A DNA stretch of 63,870 nt, the filler included, from Octopus bimaculoides (taxonomy: Eukaryota), in the NCBI RefSeq assembly GCF_001194135.2. It is 6 parts of 5 records of this genome, joined end to end, with 100 filler letters (N's around TTAATTAATTAA, not from the genome) between each part and the next. Parts side by side here need not be neighbours in the genome. Positions count along the whole stretch, not along the records: positions 62,481 to 63,870 come from NC_068982.1; 5 more parts are not named here. One strand, 5' to 3'. Below the pieces are notes generated by a model. That model did not search any database, was not told the origin of the DNA, and worked only from the letters and a program-made list of their open reading frames with translations. A program made the position numbers and the translations under genes. Below are positions 62,939 through 63,870 of the stretch, one piece after another (position 1 is the first letter of the stretch; each line of letters starts with the position of its first letter).

Positions 62939-63729
62939 TGGTTTGTATAGCCTTGTTATGTCCTGGCTATGACTTTAAACTGCATCCAGTAGTGGAGCCC
63001 TGATTCAGGAATTCCAGGGTCTTGAGGAGTGTGGAATCACCCCTGAGCCACTATTGTTCCCAGGTTTACACACACATGGAGTAGTAGCATCTTTCAAGGT
63101 TCCAACCATGAGTTACTTACCATGTCACAGAAGAAAGTCACTCACAGACACCTCAGTGAACCCAGAGCAGATAAGGTCCTTCAACTCTAGCTGCTCATCT
63201 AAGAGAAGGTAATCCATTCAAACACTGCATCCTGACAGCTACTGGGCTTGTGGCACTCATTGCACCAGACCACAAGTTTAAAGGATGAGAGACTGGGACT
63301 GGCTCTGCACAAGCCATGCCTAGAATAATAATCAACCCCTGCTGCCTTGTGGGGTCATTTATTGAGCATTTGAAAAAAGACTGGAGGAGTATATCACTAT
63401 AATAAATCTGGAGGGAAGGACCCTAAGGCAGATATGTATGGTTATACTCTACCAATATCTGGTATCTACTGTGACTCCACGGATACTGTTAATGTATTGA
63501 CTTGTCTTTCCTTCATCATGTATCCATGAGTAGAGAGATGGAAAGTATAGTTGGGGCTAGGCACTTACTTCAGGAAATAGTCCAGGCACAGCAGAGATAG
63601 TTAAGTTACAGTCCCTGCAATACTGTTAACCACCACAACAAAGGCCAGCCTTGGCCTTCAATGTATATTAAGTATGAGTGTAGATATTTTCTATTCAGTC
63701 ATGTCTATAGATGTGCATGTATGGTACTA

Positions 63730-63870
63730 TCATCATCATCATCATCATCGTTTAACATCCGCTTTCCATGCTAGCATGGGTTGGACGATTTGACTGAGGA
63801 CTGGTGAAACCAGATGGCAACACCAGGCTCCAATCTAATTTGGCAGAGTTTCTACAGCTAGATGCCCTTC
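63730..63870 (-). mobile_element. 3' end of an RTE-type retroposon with (ATG)n tail, running off the window
   Basis: The minus strand ...cagtcaaatcgtccaacccatgctagcatggaaagcggatgttaaacg(atg)n is a tail structure typical of RTE-mobilised elements. The family call is inference. Confidence 0.6.

Noticed and set aside
63788-63820. CTGAGGA-CTGGT-GAAAC hammerhead-like string
   Set aside because: Stem II cannot form and there is no cleavage triplet or stem I pairing; it lies within a retroposon 3' region.
1-63870. CRISPR array, rRNA, operons or other prokaryotic systems
   Set aside because: No regularly spaced repeat-spacer array or rRNA-like sequence; the content is eukaryotic interspersed repeats.

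Overview
This is AT-rich, repeat-dense eukaryotic DNA from a gapped draft assembly. It is most likely a coleoid cephalopod (Octopus-like); that is an inference from the SINE families and microsatellite load, and no database was searched. No intact host protein-coding gene can be supported. The window is a mosaic of (i) microsatellites, (ii) at least four tRNA-derived SINE families, (iii) decayed non-LTR retrotransposons (Tx1/L1-like, RTE, CR1/L2-like, Penelope-like), and (iv) DNA transposons and MITEs (Tc1, mariner, Tigger/pogo-like, hAT, piggyBac-like, and an ISL2EU/Harbinger-like element with a SAP-domain ORF). The strongest signal invisible to the ORF track is a set of minimal type I hammerhead ribozyme (HHR) motifs from at least four unrelated repeat units. 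One is fully canonical (33449-33513). Two share a non-canonical CUGUUGA core (27047-27083, 42294-42330). Two decayed motifs lie in a 307-bp-period tandem (28406, 28713), one is a C3U copy (60296-60341), and one is a weak candidate (5092). Several of these units sit inside SINE copies. Boundaries of decayed repeats are approximate; HHR, TIR and TSD coordinates were read base by base.
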